Positions 1 to 8,574 of a stretch of DNA of 64,000 bases are shown one piece after another. The stretch is from Lentimicrobiaceae bacterium (GTDB lineage: Bacteria > Bacteroidota > Bacteroidia > Bacteroidales > UBA4417). Under the pieces are notes generated by a model, which saw only the letters and a list, made by a program, of their open reading frames with translations, was not told where the DNA came from and made no database searches. The stretch lies in assembly GCA_028697555.1 (NCBI GenBank), contig JAQVEX010000003.1, positions 12,450-76,449 of the forward strand, written 5' to 3'. Both the position numbers and the translations under genes were made by a program. Numbering within the stretch: position 1 is the first letter of the stretch; each line of letters opens with the position of its first letter.

Positions 1-185
1 CAGTTTACAATTTCAAACTTAGCCATATCTGCATTGTGCGAATGCAAATACTCAGATATTAATGTTTCGTCGCCAAACAAAACAATAACATCTTCGTCGT
101 GCAGATAAGGAATAGAAAGAATGGCTCCGTCAAGCGTTGCATTAGGAGCCTTATCCCCTCCCATAACATCTAGTCCTATTCTCAT
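1..185 (-). CDS. plsX: phosphate acyltransferase PlsX, N-terminal fragment (gene runs off the left window edge)
   Basis: Not in the ORF track because it is open at the edge. My translation of the minus strand from the ATG at 185-183 gives MRIGLDVMGGDKAPNATLDGAILSIPYLHDEDVIVLFGDE..., a typical PlsX N-terminus (D-x-MGGD-x-AP). It lies directly downstream of rpmF, as in the conserved yceD-rpmF-plsX cluster. Confidence 0.8.
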   Translation of the reverse strand, partial: MRIGLDVMGGDKAPNATLDGAILSIPYLHDEDVIVLFGDETLISEYLHSHNADMAKFEIVN

Positions 186-200
186 ATCAGACTAAAATAA

Positions 201-383
201 TTATGCCTCTTTTGCCTCTATAACTTGCTTTCCACGATAATATCCGCACTCTTTGCACACACGGTGATACAATACAGGGCTTTGACAATTTGAGCATAGT
301 GTTATTGTAGGTTCTTTCAAAAAGTCGTGTGCTCTGCGTTTTGCCGTTCTAGCTTTTGAATTTCTTCTCTTAGGATGTGCCAT
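201..383 (-). CDS. rpmF: 50S ribosomal protein L32 (bL32)
   Basis: 60-aa ORF MAHPKRRNSKARTAKRRAHD... with a basic N-terminus and a CxxC...CxxC zinc ribbon (CSNC / CKEC). Located between a yceD-like gene and plsX. Confidence 0.95.
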   Translation of the reverse strand: MAHPKRRNSKARTAKRRAHDFLKEPTITLCSNCQSPVLYHRVCKECGYYRGKQVIEAKEA

Positions 384-391
384 AATAATTA

Positions 392-967
392 TTATTTTTC
401 TATTAATTCTTTAAGTTTATCCCAATGCGAAGACACGTTTTTTTCCGAATAAGTCCGCAATAGCTCCAAAGTATCGGCATTGCACGTGGACTCACCTGTT
501 TCGGTGTCCGGATGAACCACATACATAGGCACTGCAAGATAAATAATATCGTATATTTCTTTCGAAAAATTTATTTCGGTGCTTGAGTAATGTATGAACT
601 TCTCTTCAACTGTATCTTCAGTAGGGATATCAGTATATTTAACTATTAATTTTTCTTCAATATTTACCGGATAAATGAAATCTTCGGCGCAACGATTACA
701 CATAACTTCAATCCATCCTTTTCCGCAAATATCAACATCTATTATCGAGTGTCTTTTTTGTAAAACGATAGTAATATCGATGTCGGTTTTTTTTGAGTAA
801 TCGGGATTGAAAATTTGCATAAATTCTTGCGTTACAGAATAATTGAACTCATTTCTGTCGTCGCTCAAGTTTGCCAACGAAATATTAAATTCATCCAATT
901 TATCTGTAGGTTTCATTCCAATAACTATTAAAGTTTGCAAATGTACATTATTTTTAAAATTTTGCAA
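392..967 (-). CDS. YceD/DUF177 family protein (23S rRNA accumulation protein-like)
   Basis: Acidic 191-aa ORF with a central CxxC (MCNRCAEDF) typical of DUF177. Conserved position immediately upstream of rpmF. The start could instead be the internal Met (MKPTDK...). Confidence 0.7.
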   Translation of the reverse strand: MQNFKNNVHLQTLIVIGMKPTDKLDEFNISLANLSDDRNEFNYSVTQEFMQIFNPDYSKKTDIDITIVLQKRHSIIDVDICGKGWIEVMCNRCAEDFIYPVNIEEKLIVKYTDIPTEDTVEEKFIHYSSTEINFSKEIYDIIYLAVPMYVVHPDTETGESTCNADTLELLRTYSEKNVSSHWDKLKELIEK

Positions 968-1016
968 ACATAATAAGTTATTTAATTATAAAATAATGAA
1001 TCACTAATGCAGACAA

Positions 1017-1640
1017 TCAGGCAAATAGCCCGTGCATGTGAGTTTCTATTTTTTGAATTACCTTAGCCAAATCCTGCGGATTATCTTCAAAGTTAAGATT
1101 ATCAACGTCTAAAATAATCAGATTGCTGTACTTGTAGTTGTCTATCCATGCTTCGTATCTTTCGCCCAAACTTTTCAGGTAATCTAATCTTATACCTGCC
1201 TCATATTCCCTGCCGCGCCTTTGTATGTTTCTGACAAGAGTACCTATTTCGGCACGCAAATATATAAGTAGTTCGGGCGGCTTTATAAACGATTCCATCA
1301 GCTCGAACAGTGAAGAATAGTTTTCAAAATCACGTGATTCCATCAATCCCATTGAATGTAGGTTGGGTGCAAAGATGTACGCATCTTCGTATATGGTACG
1401 GTCTTGAATAACATCAAATTCGCTGTTTCTGATATTTATTACCTGACGAAAACGACTATTTAAGTAGTAAACTTGCAAATTGAAAGACCAACGTTGCATA
1501 TCTTCATAAAAACTATGCAGATACGGGTTTGTATCAACATCCTCGTACAAAGGATGCCAATTTAATTGTTTTGATAACAAACGTGTTAGGGTTGTTTTTC
1601 CTGCACCGATATTTCCGGCTATTGCTATATGTTTTCCCAT
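1017..1640 (-). CDS. deoxynucleoside kinase
   Basis: N-terminal P-loop GNIGAGKTT, DRTIYED and RRGREYE motifs, and about 200 aa length match the dCK/dGK/dNK family. Confidence 0.85.
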   Translation of the reverse strand: MGKHIAIAGNIGAGKTTLTRLLSKQLNWHPLYEDVDTNPYLHSFYEDMQRWSFNLQVYYLNSRFRQVINIRNSEFDVIQDRTIYEDAYIFAPNLHSMGLMESRDFENYSSLFELMESFIKPPELLIYLRAEIGTLVRNIQRRGREYEAGIRLDYLKSLGERYEAWIDNYKYSNLIILDVDNLNFEDNPQDLAKVIQKIETHMHGLFA

Positions 1641-1683
1641 TATATTTTTTATTGTGATTATTTATATTTTGCTAACAAAGATA

Positions 1684-3198
1684 TTATTTTTCAGCTAACA
1701 TTTGTAATATTTCGTCAACATAATTTCTTTCATTGTTCAAACGGGGCACCTTATTCTGACCACCTAATCTTTCACGATTTCTCATCCATTCGTAAAAAGT
1801 TCCTCTGGGTACTGCATGTACTTTTGGCGGTTTTAGCATAATATCTTTATGCCTTTTGGCTTCGTAGTCGGAGTTTAAACTTTTAAGAGCCACATCAAGC
1901 TCGTGAGTAAAAGCGTCCACAGAATCGGGCACTTGCACAAACTCAATAATCCACTCGTGCATTGCAGTATTGTTATCTTCGTTGATATAAGGTGCAACGG
2001 TATAGTTTGTAAAATCGGAATTTGTGTTTCTGCAAGCAACTTCTAAAGCCTTGTTGGCATTGTCTTCAATAACTTCTTCTCCGAAAGTGTTGACAAAACT
2101 TGTGGTTCGTCCGGTAACCCTAATTCTGTACGGGTCTAAAGATGTAAATTCAATTGTATCGCCAATCATATACCGCCATAGTCCTGCATTGGTTGAAATA
2201 ACAACTGCATAATTTTTGCCCATTTCTACTTCCCAAATGGGATGACTTTTAGGATTATCGGATTGCAAGTTGCTTAACGGTATAAATTCGTAAAAGATGC
2301 CGTAATCAAGCATTAGCAACATATCGGTAGCTACTAACCTATCTTGTATTCCGAAAAATCCTTCGCTGGCATTGTATGTTTGCAGGTAATACAACGGTTT
2401 ACTCAATATTTTGTCGTAGTGATTTCTGTACGAAGAAAAATTAACACCACCATGAATAAAAAGCTCCAAGTCATTCCAAACTTCGTTGATGTACTTCTTT
2501 CCCGTCATTTCCAAAATTCTGTTAAGCATCACTAACATCCACGATGGGACACCCATAAGAGCAGTAACATTTTCCTTAATGGTTGCGTTTGACATCTGAT
2601 CTAGTTTTTCTTCCCAATCTTCAATCAAAGCTATATCAATACTTGGAGTGCGTGCCAATTGAGCCCAAAACGGAAGATTGTCCATAAGTATAGCCGACAC
2701 ATCACCGCAAGCAATTTGTCCACCAACTCCGTCTTGCTTAAGACTCCCTCCCATAGCCAATGTTTTTCCTTCTAATATTATTGAGTCGGGGTTGTTGTGC
2801 AAATAAATAGCTATTAGGTCTTTGCCGCCTTTGTAATGACAATCGTTGAGAGCTTCGTTAGTTACCGGAATAAATTTACTTTTGCTATTTGTTGTTCCTG
2901 AGCTTTTGGCAAACCATTTTACATCTGTATTCCACAAGATATTATTTTCGCCTGCTCGTAGCCTTTCAATGTATGGTTGCAAATCTTCGTACTTGCTAAT
3001 GGGAACGCGATTTACGTAATCGTAAAAATTGTTTATTGAATCGTAGTCGTATTTTTTGCCCCATTCGGTACTGCTACCGCTTTGCAAAAGCTTTTGTAAC
3101 CATTCCCTTTGTACTTCGTCGGGATACTTCAAAAAGTATTCTATTTGATGCATGCGCCGACGCATAAACCACGATACTATTGAGTTGAATATTGCCAT
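1684..3198 (-). CDS. GH3 auxin-responsive promoter family protein (acyl-adenylate-forming enzyme-like)
   Basis: 504 aa with FAKSSGTT and YNASEGFFG motifs, characteristic of the GH3 family that is widespread in Bacteroidota. Confidence 0.8.
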   Translation of the reverse strand: MAIFNSIVSWFMRRRMHQIEYFLKYPDEVQREWLQKLLQSGSSTEWGKKYDYDSINNFYDYVNRVPISKYEDLQPYIERLRAGENNILWNTDVKWFAKSSGTTNSKSKFIPVTNEALNDCHYKGGKDLIAIYLHNNPDSIILEGKTLAMGGSLKQDGVGGQIACGDVSAILMDNLPFWAQLARTPSIDIALIEDWEEKLDQMSNATIKENVTALMGVPSWMLVMLNRILEMTGKKYINEVWNDLELFIHGGVNFSSYRNHYDKILSKPLYYLQTYNASEGFFGIQDRLVATDMLLMLDYGIFYEFIPLSNLQSDNPKSHPIWEVEMGKNYAVVISTNAGLWRYMIGDTIEFTSLDPYRIRVTGRTTSFVNTFGEEVIEDNANKALEVACRNTNSDFTNYTVAPYINEDNNTAMHEWIIEFVQVPDSVDAFTHELDVALKSLNSDYEAKRHKDIMLKPPKVHAVPRGTFYEWMRNRERLGGQNKVPRLNNERNYVDEILQMLAEK

Positions 3199-3268
3199 CT
3201 CTGTTTTTAATTCTTATTTCCTAAAAATATTAAAAGTGGTAAAGGTAGTATTAAATCGCCAATAAAGG

Positions 3269-4294
3269 TCAAATTTTATATTTTTTAATTACATCAATTG
3301 TTCTATCAATCATATTATCATCGATACCTAAATGTGTTACCATTCTGATATTATTGTAACCCATGTGCATGGTCAGTATGCCGTCGTTCTTTAATTGACT
3401 GACATAATTATCGGCGTCTACTTTTGGGTCTAATTTAAAAAGAACAATATTGGTTTCAACTTTTGCTACGCTTTGCACATAGTTGAGTTTTTCTAATTCG
3501 GTGCTTAAAAGTTTAGCTCTTCTATGGTCGTCTTTCAGACGTAAAATATTATTGTCGAGTGCATAAATACAGGCTGCAGCCAAATAGCCTGACTGCCTCA
3601 TTCCTCCACCAAACATCTTTCGGTAGCGTCTTGCAGTATTTATAAATTTGCTATCTCCCATTAGCACCGAACCCACAGGAGCTCCCAATCCTTTCGACAT
3701 GCACACCGAAATACTGTCGAACAAATTTCCATAGTCTTCGGTTGTTTGCTCGGTTTCAACCAAAGCGTTGAACAGTCTGGCTCCGTCTAAGTGATATTTT
3801 AAATTATGCTTTTTGCATATTTTACCTATTTCCACCAATTTATTAAAATCGTAGATACTGCCACCGCCTTTATTCATGGTATTTTCGACAGACACTAAAG
3901 CTGTTGGCGGACGATGAACATCGTCGGATGGATTTATGTGATTTTCTACATCATCGGGGTCGAGATGACCTCTATCGCCGGATAACAAGCAAGTTGACAA
4001 GCCAGAATGAAAAGCCGGTCCTCCAGACTCATAGTAATATATATGCGACAACTTATGGCAAATAATCTCTTGTCCGGGTTGCGTATGAGTTTTTATAGCA
4101 ACCTGATTAGCCATAGTTCCCGAAGGAAAATACAGAGCACTTTCCTTATTAAACATTTTAGCGATTTTTTCTTCCAATCGCTTGGTTGTCGGGTCGCCTC
4201 CATATACATCGTCGCCAACCTGTGCCTGCATCATGTATTGGAGCATTTCGGGTGTTGGTTTTGTAACTGTATCGCTGAGTAAATCTACTATCAT
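3269..4294 (-). CDS. ltaE: low-specificity L-threonine aldolase (PLP-dependent)
   Basis: 341 aa. Motifs DLLSDTVTKPT, GDDVYGGDPT, FPSGTMANQ and the PLP-lysine region CMSKGLGAPVGS match the beta-eliminating lyase/threonine aldolase family. Confidence 0.85.
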   Translation of the reverse strand: MIVDLLSDTVTKPTPEMLQYMMQAQVGDDVYGGDPTTKRLEEKIAKMFNKESALYFPSGTMANQVAIKTHTQPGQEIICHKLSHIYYYESGGPAFHSGLSTCLLSGDRGHLDPDDVENHINPSDDVHRPPTALVSVENTMNKGGGSIYDFNKLVEIGKICKKHNLKYHLDGARLFNALVETEQTTEDYGNLFDSISVCMSKGLGAPVGSVLMGDSKFINTARRYRKMFGGGMRQSGYLAAACIYALDNNILRLKDDHRRAKLLSTELEKLNYVQSVAKVETNIVLFKLDPKVDADNYVSQLKNDGILTMHMGYNNIRMVTHLGIDDNMIDRTIDVIKKYKI

Positions 4295-4299
4295 ATATA

Positions 4300-5490
4300 T
4301 TATTTTTTAAAATCTTTATCGTATGCTTTTTTAAGACTATTAAGAGCTTTTTTCAGATGCGATTTCGGACAACCAATATTCAAACGCATAAAGCCTTCGC
4401 CTCCACTGCCGAACATAATTCCAGTATTGAGTCCCATATCGGCTTTTTTCAAAAAGAAATGATTTAATCTTTTGTCGCTTAAATTAAGCTCTCGACAGTC
4501 TAACCACATTAAAAAAGTAGATTCGGGGATTACAGGTTTTATTTTTGGCGTATATTCCGACATAAATTCTACAACATAATCGACGTTTTTTTGCAGGTAA
4601 CTCATCAAATCATCAACATATTGGTAGCCATTCTTGTACGCCTCTTTAAGAGCTACATTGCCAAAAATATTTCCGTTGGAAATATGATATTTTTGAATTT
4701 GATTTTCAAATTTACTTCTTAGCTCAGGATTAGGAATAACATAAACCGAAGAAGCCAATCCCGACACATTAAAAGTTTTGCTCGGTGCGGTAAACATAAC
4801 TGTTTGTTGCGCAACCTCTTCCGATAAAGTGAGAATAGGTGTATACTTATATTTTTTGTAAACCAAATCGCAGTGAATATCGTCCGACACAATGATTACA
4901 TTGTATTTGAGAGCTATATCAGTCATTTTGGTCAGTTCTTCAACAGTCCATACGTTCCCTCCAGGGTTGTGCGGATTTGACAGAATAAAAAGTTTAACAC
5001 CTTGTTTAATCTGCTCTTCAAAGTCATCGAAATCTATTTGAAGTCTGCTGCCGTCAAAATTGAGTTTACTTTGCACCAAGACTCTGTTATGGTCGGTTAC
5101 TGCGTTAAAAAACGGGAAATAAACCGGCGGCTGAACCAAAATTTTGTCTCCTTCGTTTGTATAAGCAAGTACAGCAATATTAACAGCCGGAACGACTCCA
5201 GGCGTGAATCCGACAGTGGTTGAGCAAATTTCTAACTGATGCCTATTTTTAAACCACGAAATAAAAGAATCGAAATGATTGGGATTTCTGTAATCGTAAC
5301 CAAAAACCGAGTGTTTAACTCTGTCTTTCAATGCTTTGGTTATAAAATTAGGGGTTTTAAAATCCATATCGGCGACCCACATAGCGTATTTGGCATCGTG
5401 TCCCAAAACTTGCTTCATAGCATCGTATTTCAAGCTACCGCTACCACGACGATTAATTACTTTATCGAAATTATTTTTTACATTTTTCAT
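4300..5490 (-). CDS. MalY/PatB family C-S lyase (class I/II aminotransferase fold)
   Basis: 396 aa. RRGSGSLKYD near the N-terminus, SNPHNPGG, and the PLP-lysine motif PSKTFNVSGL. Confidence 0.8.
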   Translation of the reverse strand: MKNVKNNFDKVINRRGSGSLKYDAMKQVLGHDAKYAMWVADMDFKTPNFITKALKDRVKHSVFGYDYRNPNHFDSFISWFKNRHQLEICSTTVGFTPGVVPAVNIAVLAYTNEGDKILVQPPVYFPFFNAVTDHNRVLVQSKLNFDGSRLQIDFDDFEEQIKQGVKLFILSNPHNPGGNVWTVEELTKMTDIALKYNVIIVSDDIHCDLVYKKYKYTPILTLSEEVAQQTVMFTAPSKTFNVSGLASSVYVIPNPELRSKFENQIQKYHISNGNIFGNVALKEAYKNGYQYVDDLMSYLQKNVDYVVEFMSEYTPKIKPVIPESTFLMWLDCRELNLSDKRLNHFFLKKADMGLNTGIMFGSGGEGFMRLNIGCPKSHLKKALNSLKKAYDKDFKK

Positions 5491-5574
5491 GTAACAAAAT
5501 TAATCTAATTCAAATAAACTTACGAAATTTGCAGACGAATTTATTATTAAAAATTAAAAAAACACTAAAACACA

Positions 5575-6492
5575 ATGGCACACTTCAAAGAAAAGGTGTT
5601 CTCAAAAAGCTGGTTTATCAGTTATTCGCTCATAGTCATCGGTGCTTTTATTTTGGCATCAGGTTTTGTCTTTTTTATTACACCTTATAAAATAGTACCC
5701 GGCGGTTCTTACGGTATATCAATTGTTATACATCACGTAACAAAAGGTGTATTTTCGTGGGCTCCCAACGGTTTGCCTGTCGGTATGATGGCTCTTATGA
5801 TTGACATTCCGCTAACCATCATTGGGGTAAGGGTTTTAGGTCCAAGATTTGGAATTAAAACTGTAGTAGGATTTGTTTGTACGGCAATATTTGTCGATAC
5901 TCTCACATTTTTCTACGGAGAAAGTCCATTGGTGGAAGGTGACGCTTTGCTTTCGTCTATTTTTGGCGGATTGCTGATAGGGATTGGCTTAGGAATTATT
6001 TTTAAAAGTAAAGCTACTTCGGGCGGAACGGATATTGTGGCTATGATTTTGGCAAAATATTCAAAACTGACTGTAGGTCAATTGCTTATTTATGTCGATT
6101 CGGTTATTGTTCTATTAGGATTGGTTGTTTTTGCCGATTGGAAAATTCCGCTTTACTCGTTGGTTGTTATTTTTATTACAGGTAAAACTATTGATATTGT
6201 GAGCGAAGGAACAAACTTCGACCGTACTATGTTTATTATATCGAAAGAGTCGGAACTTATTCGCAACTTTATTATTGAAAAGTTGGAACGCGGTGGGACT
6301 TATATTCCCGGAACAGGTATGTACCAAGGCGATGAAAGAACGATAATATTTGTTGTTGTTAACCGCAGAGAAATGGCTTTGTTGGAAGAATACATACACA
6401 GCGTTGACCCCGAAGCGTTTATTACCATAATTGAAGCAAGCGAAATATACGGCGACGGCTTTAGGTCGCTTACAAAAAAACTATCAGATTAA
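5575..6492 (+). CDS. YitT family membrane protein (DUF2179 C-terminal domain)
   Basis: 305 aa. Multi-pass hydrophobic N-terminal part (PYKIVPGGSYGIS, ATSGGTDIV) plus a soluble C-terminal GGTYIPGTGMY...VVNRRE domain. Confidence 0.85.
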   Translation: MAHFKEKVFSKSWFISYSLIVIGAFILASGFVFFITPYKIVPGGSYGISIVIHHVTKGVFSWAPNGLPVGMMALMIDIPLTIIGVRVLGPRFGIKTVVGFVCTAIFVDTLTFFYGESPLVEGDALLSSIFGGLLIGIGLGIIFKSKATSGGTDIVAMILAKYSKLTVGQLLIYVDSVIVLLGLVVFADWKIPLYSLVVIFITGKTIDIVSEGTNFDRTMFIISKESELIRNFIIEKLERGGTYIPGTGMYQGDERTIIFVVVNRREMALLEEYIHSVDPEAFITIIEASEIYGDGFRSLTKKLSD

Positions 6493-6517
6493 CATTACAC
6501 ACGAATAATTTTAAAAA

Positions 6518-7420
6518 ATGGAAATAAAAAACTTACGCAAAGAAATACCTTTTTCGAAGAGATGGTTTAAATCGTACTCCTACATAACTATTGGCACTTT
6601 GTTGGTTTCGATGGGATACGTGCTGTTTTTAAGTCCGCACAAGATAATACCAGGCGGAATTTATGGTATATCCATTATGCTGCACCACCTGTTTAACACT
6701 CCTATTGGTATGGTTTCATTGGCTTTCAATATTCCTTTAACACTAATAGGAACAAAAATATTAGGGCCCAGGTTTGGAGCCAAAACCGTAGTTGCTTTCG
6801 TACTTACAGGTATTTTTACCGATATTATATCAATGATAAGTGGTAATGTTGCTTTGGTTCCCGATGATACATTAGTTTCGGGTTTATTCGGTGGACTTTT
6901 CGTGGGCGTTGGAGTGGCTTTTACATTTAAAGCCAAAGCCACAAGTGGCGGAACCGACGTTGTTGCTATGATTTTGCAAAAGTACACACGTCTGCCAATA
7001 GGACAATTAATGATGTCGGTTGATGCCGTTATTGTTTTTATAAGCACTATTGTTTTCAAAGATTGGACTTTACCCTTGTACAGTTTTATTTCCATTTTTG
7101 TTATAGGTAGAGTTATAGATGCTGTTATGCACGGATTTTCGTACGATAAAACTTTGTTTATCATTTCCGATAAGCATCAGGAAATACGCGACAGCATTAT
7201 AGGTGATTTGGGACGTGGTGGTACTTTCTTGATTGGTGAAGGTATGTATAAATACAAATCGAAAAAAATAATTTTTACCGTTGTTAACCCTAAGGAGTTG
7301 TACATGCTTCAAGAGTTTATTCACCGAATAGACCCTAATGCTTTTATAGCAGTACTTGATGCTAGCGAAATTTTAGGAAAAGGCTTTAAGAATTTAGAAG
7401 ATAAGTTGGACGAGAAGTAG
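6518..7420 (+). CDS. YitT family membrane protein (tandem paralog)
   Basis: 300 aa. Colinear with the preceding ORF (PHKIIPGGIYGIS, ATSGGTDVV, GGTFLIGEGMY...VVNPKE). Confidence 0.85.
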   Translation: MEIKNLRKEIPFSKRWFKSYSYITIGTLLVSMGYVLFLSPHKIIPGGIYGISIMLHHLFNTPIGMVSLAFNIPLTLIGTKILGPRFGAKTVVAFVLTGIFTDIISMISGNVALVPDDTLVSGLFGGLFVGVGVAFTFKAKATSGGTDVVAMILQKYTRLPIGQLMMSVDAVIVFISTIVFKDWTLPLYSFISIFVIGRVIDAVMHGFSYDKTLFIISDKHQEIRDSIIGDLGRGGTFLIGEGMYKYKSKKIIFTVVNPKELYMLQEFIHRIDPNAFIAVLDASEILGKGFKNLEDKLDEK

Positions 7421-7565
7421 TGGGTGCGGGTTAGTTTTGAGTTTTGAGTTTTGAGTTCCGAGTTCTGAGTTCCGAGTTCCGAGTTCCGAGTCTCCAAACT
7501 CAATACTCTCGACTCAAAACTGACAACTCACCGACCACCGACCACCAACCACCAATCACCCAAAA
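7421..7565. repeat. mosaic heptamer-array intergenic element, copy A (type II, long imperfect hairpin)
   Basis: Fills the whole spacer between the convergent yitT-like and obg genes. Order: TGGGTGCGGGTTAG, then 8 tandem TTYYGAG heptamers (7435-7490), an A/C-rich complement (ACTCAATACTCTCGACTCAAAACTGAC), then 5 tandem CACCRAC heptamers (7529-7563). The outermost TGGGTG pairs with CACCCA. Confidence 0.9.
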
Positions 7566-8558
7566 TTATTCCTCCAACAGCTTCCACAAGTGGTTTTTAA
7601 GCTCGGTTAAGCCTTTTTTGTGATGTGATGAAATAAAAACTGTAGTAATATCCTTTGGTAATTCTTTTTTCAGCATCTCTATCAGTTCGTCGTCTAACAA
7701 ATCTGATTTGCTTACGGCAAGCATCCTTTTCTTATGTACAAGTTCAGGATTGTACATTTGCAATTCGTTTAAAAGAATTTTGTATTCCTTTTTTATACTT
7801 TTCGAATCGGCGGCTATGATGAATAATAATACCGAATTACGTTCAACGTGCCTTAAAAACCTGTGTCCCAAACCTTTGCCTTCGTGAGCTCCTTCAATAA
7901 TACCGGGAATATCTGCCATAATAAACGATTTATAATCGTAGTAAGAAACTATACCCAAATTTGGTCGCAGTGTAGTAAAAGGATAATCGCCTATTTCGGG
8001 TTTTGCTGCCGAAATGGTACTCAACAAAGTTGATTTACCGGCATTTGGGAAACCAACCAAACCCACGTCGGCTAATAGTTTTAGCTCGAAAATAACCCAT
8101 GCCTCGCTACCCGACTCTCCCGGCTGTGCGTATCGTGGAGCTTGATTTGTTGACGATTTAAAATTTATATTTCCAAGTCCGCCTTTGCCGCCTTTAACAA
8201 CTATGTGCTCTTCGTTGTCTTCAACAACTTCGCAAATAGCTTCGCCTGTTTCGGAATCTCTAATTACCGTTCCTAATGGAACTTTAATAACAACATCGTC
8301 GCCATCGGCTCCGGTTTTATTGTTTCCCGAGCCGCCAACTCCGTTTCCGGCATGCAAATGTTTGGTATATTTTAAATGTAGCAATGTCCACAGTTGAGCA
8401 TCTCCTCTGACAATAATATGACCTCCGCGACCGCCGTCGCCGCCGTCGGGACCTCCCTTAGGAATTCCTCTTGCTCTGTAAAAATGAGTCGAACCGCTAC
8501 CGCCATTACCGGAACGGACGTATATTTTTACGTAATCAACAAAGTTCGATAAAGCCAT
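7566..8558 (-). CDS. obg: GTPase Obg/CgtA
   Basis: Glycine-rich Obg fold ([11 protein letters not shown]...[12 protein letters not shown]), G1 motif [10 protein letters not shown]3 motif DIPG. Confidence 0.95.
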   Translation of the reverse strand: MALSNFVDYVKIYVRSGNGGSGSTHFYRARGIPKGGPDGGDGGRGGHIIVRGDAQLWTLLHLKYTKHLHAGNGVGGSGNNKTGADGDDVVIKVPLGTVIRDSETGEAICEVVEDNEEHIVVKGGKGGLGNINFKSSTNQAPRYAQPGESGSEAWVIFELKLLADVGLVGFPNAGKSTLLSTISAAKPEIGDYPFTTLRPNLGIVSYYDYKSFIMADIPGIIEGAHEGKGLGHRFLRHVERNSVLLFIIAADSKSIKKEYKILLNELQMYNPELVHKKRMLAVSKSDLLDDELIEMLKKELPKDITTVFISSHHKKGLTELKNHLWKLLEE

Positions 8559-8574
8559 ACTATTCTATTTTCTC

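Noticed and set aside
6661-7164. Long antisense or out-of-frame ORFs inside well-supported genes, e.g. 6661-7164, 16811-17236, 20306-20686, 25609-26025, 36936-37268, 44125-44535 and 57552-57902
   Set aside because: Each lies entirely within a gene with clear family motifs on the other strand or frame. Their products are low-complexity or hydrophobic and match nothing I recognise. They are typical shadow ORFs of an AT-rich genome.
7321-7503. 60-aa minus-strand ORF (MSLETRNSELGTQNSELKTQNSKL...)
   Set aside because: It is the conceptual translation of the heptamer repeat array of element copy A plus the 3' end of the yitT paralog. The periodic peptide is an artefact of the DNA repeat.
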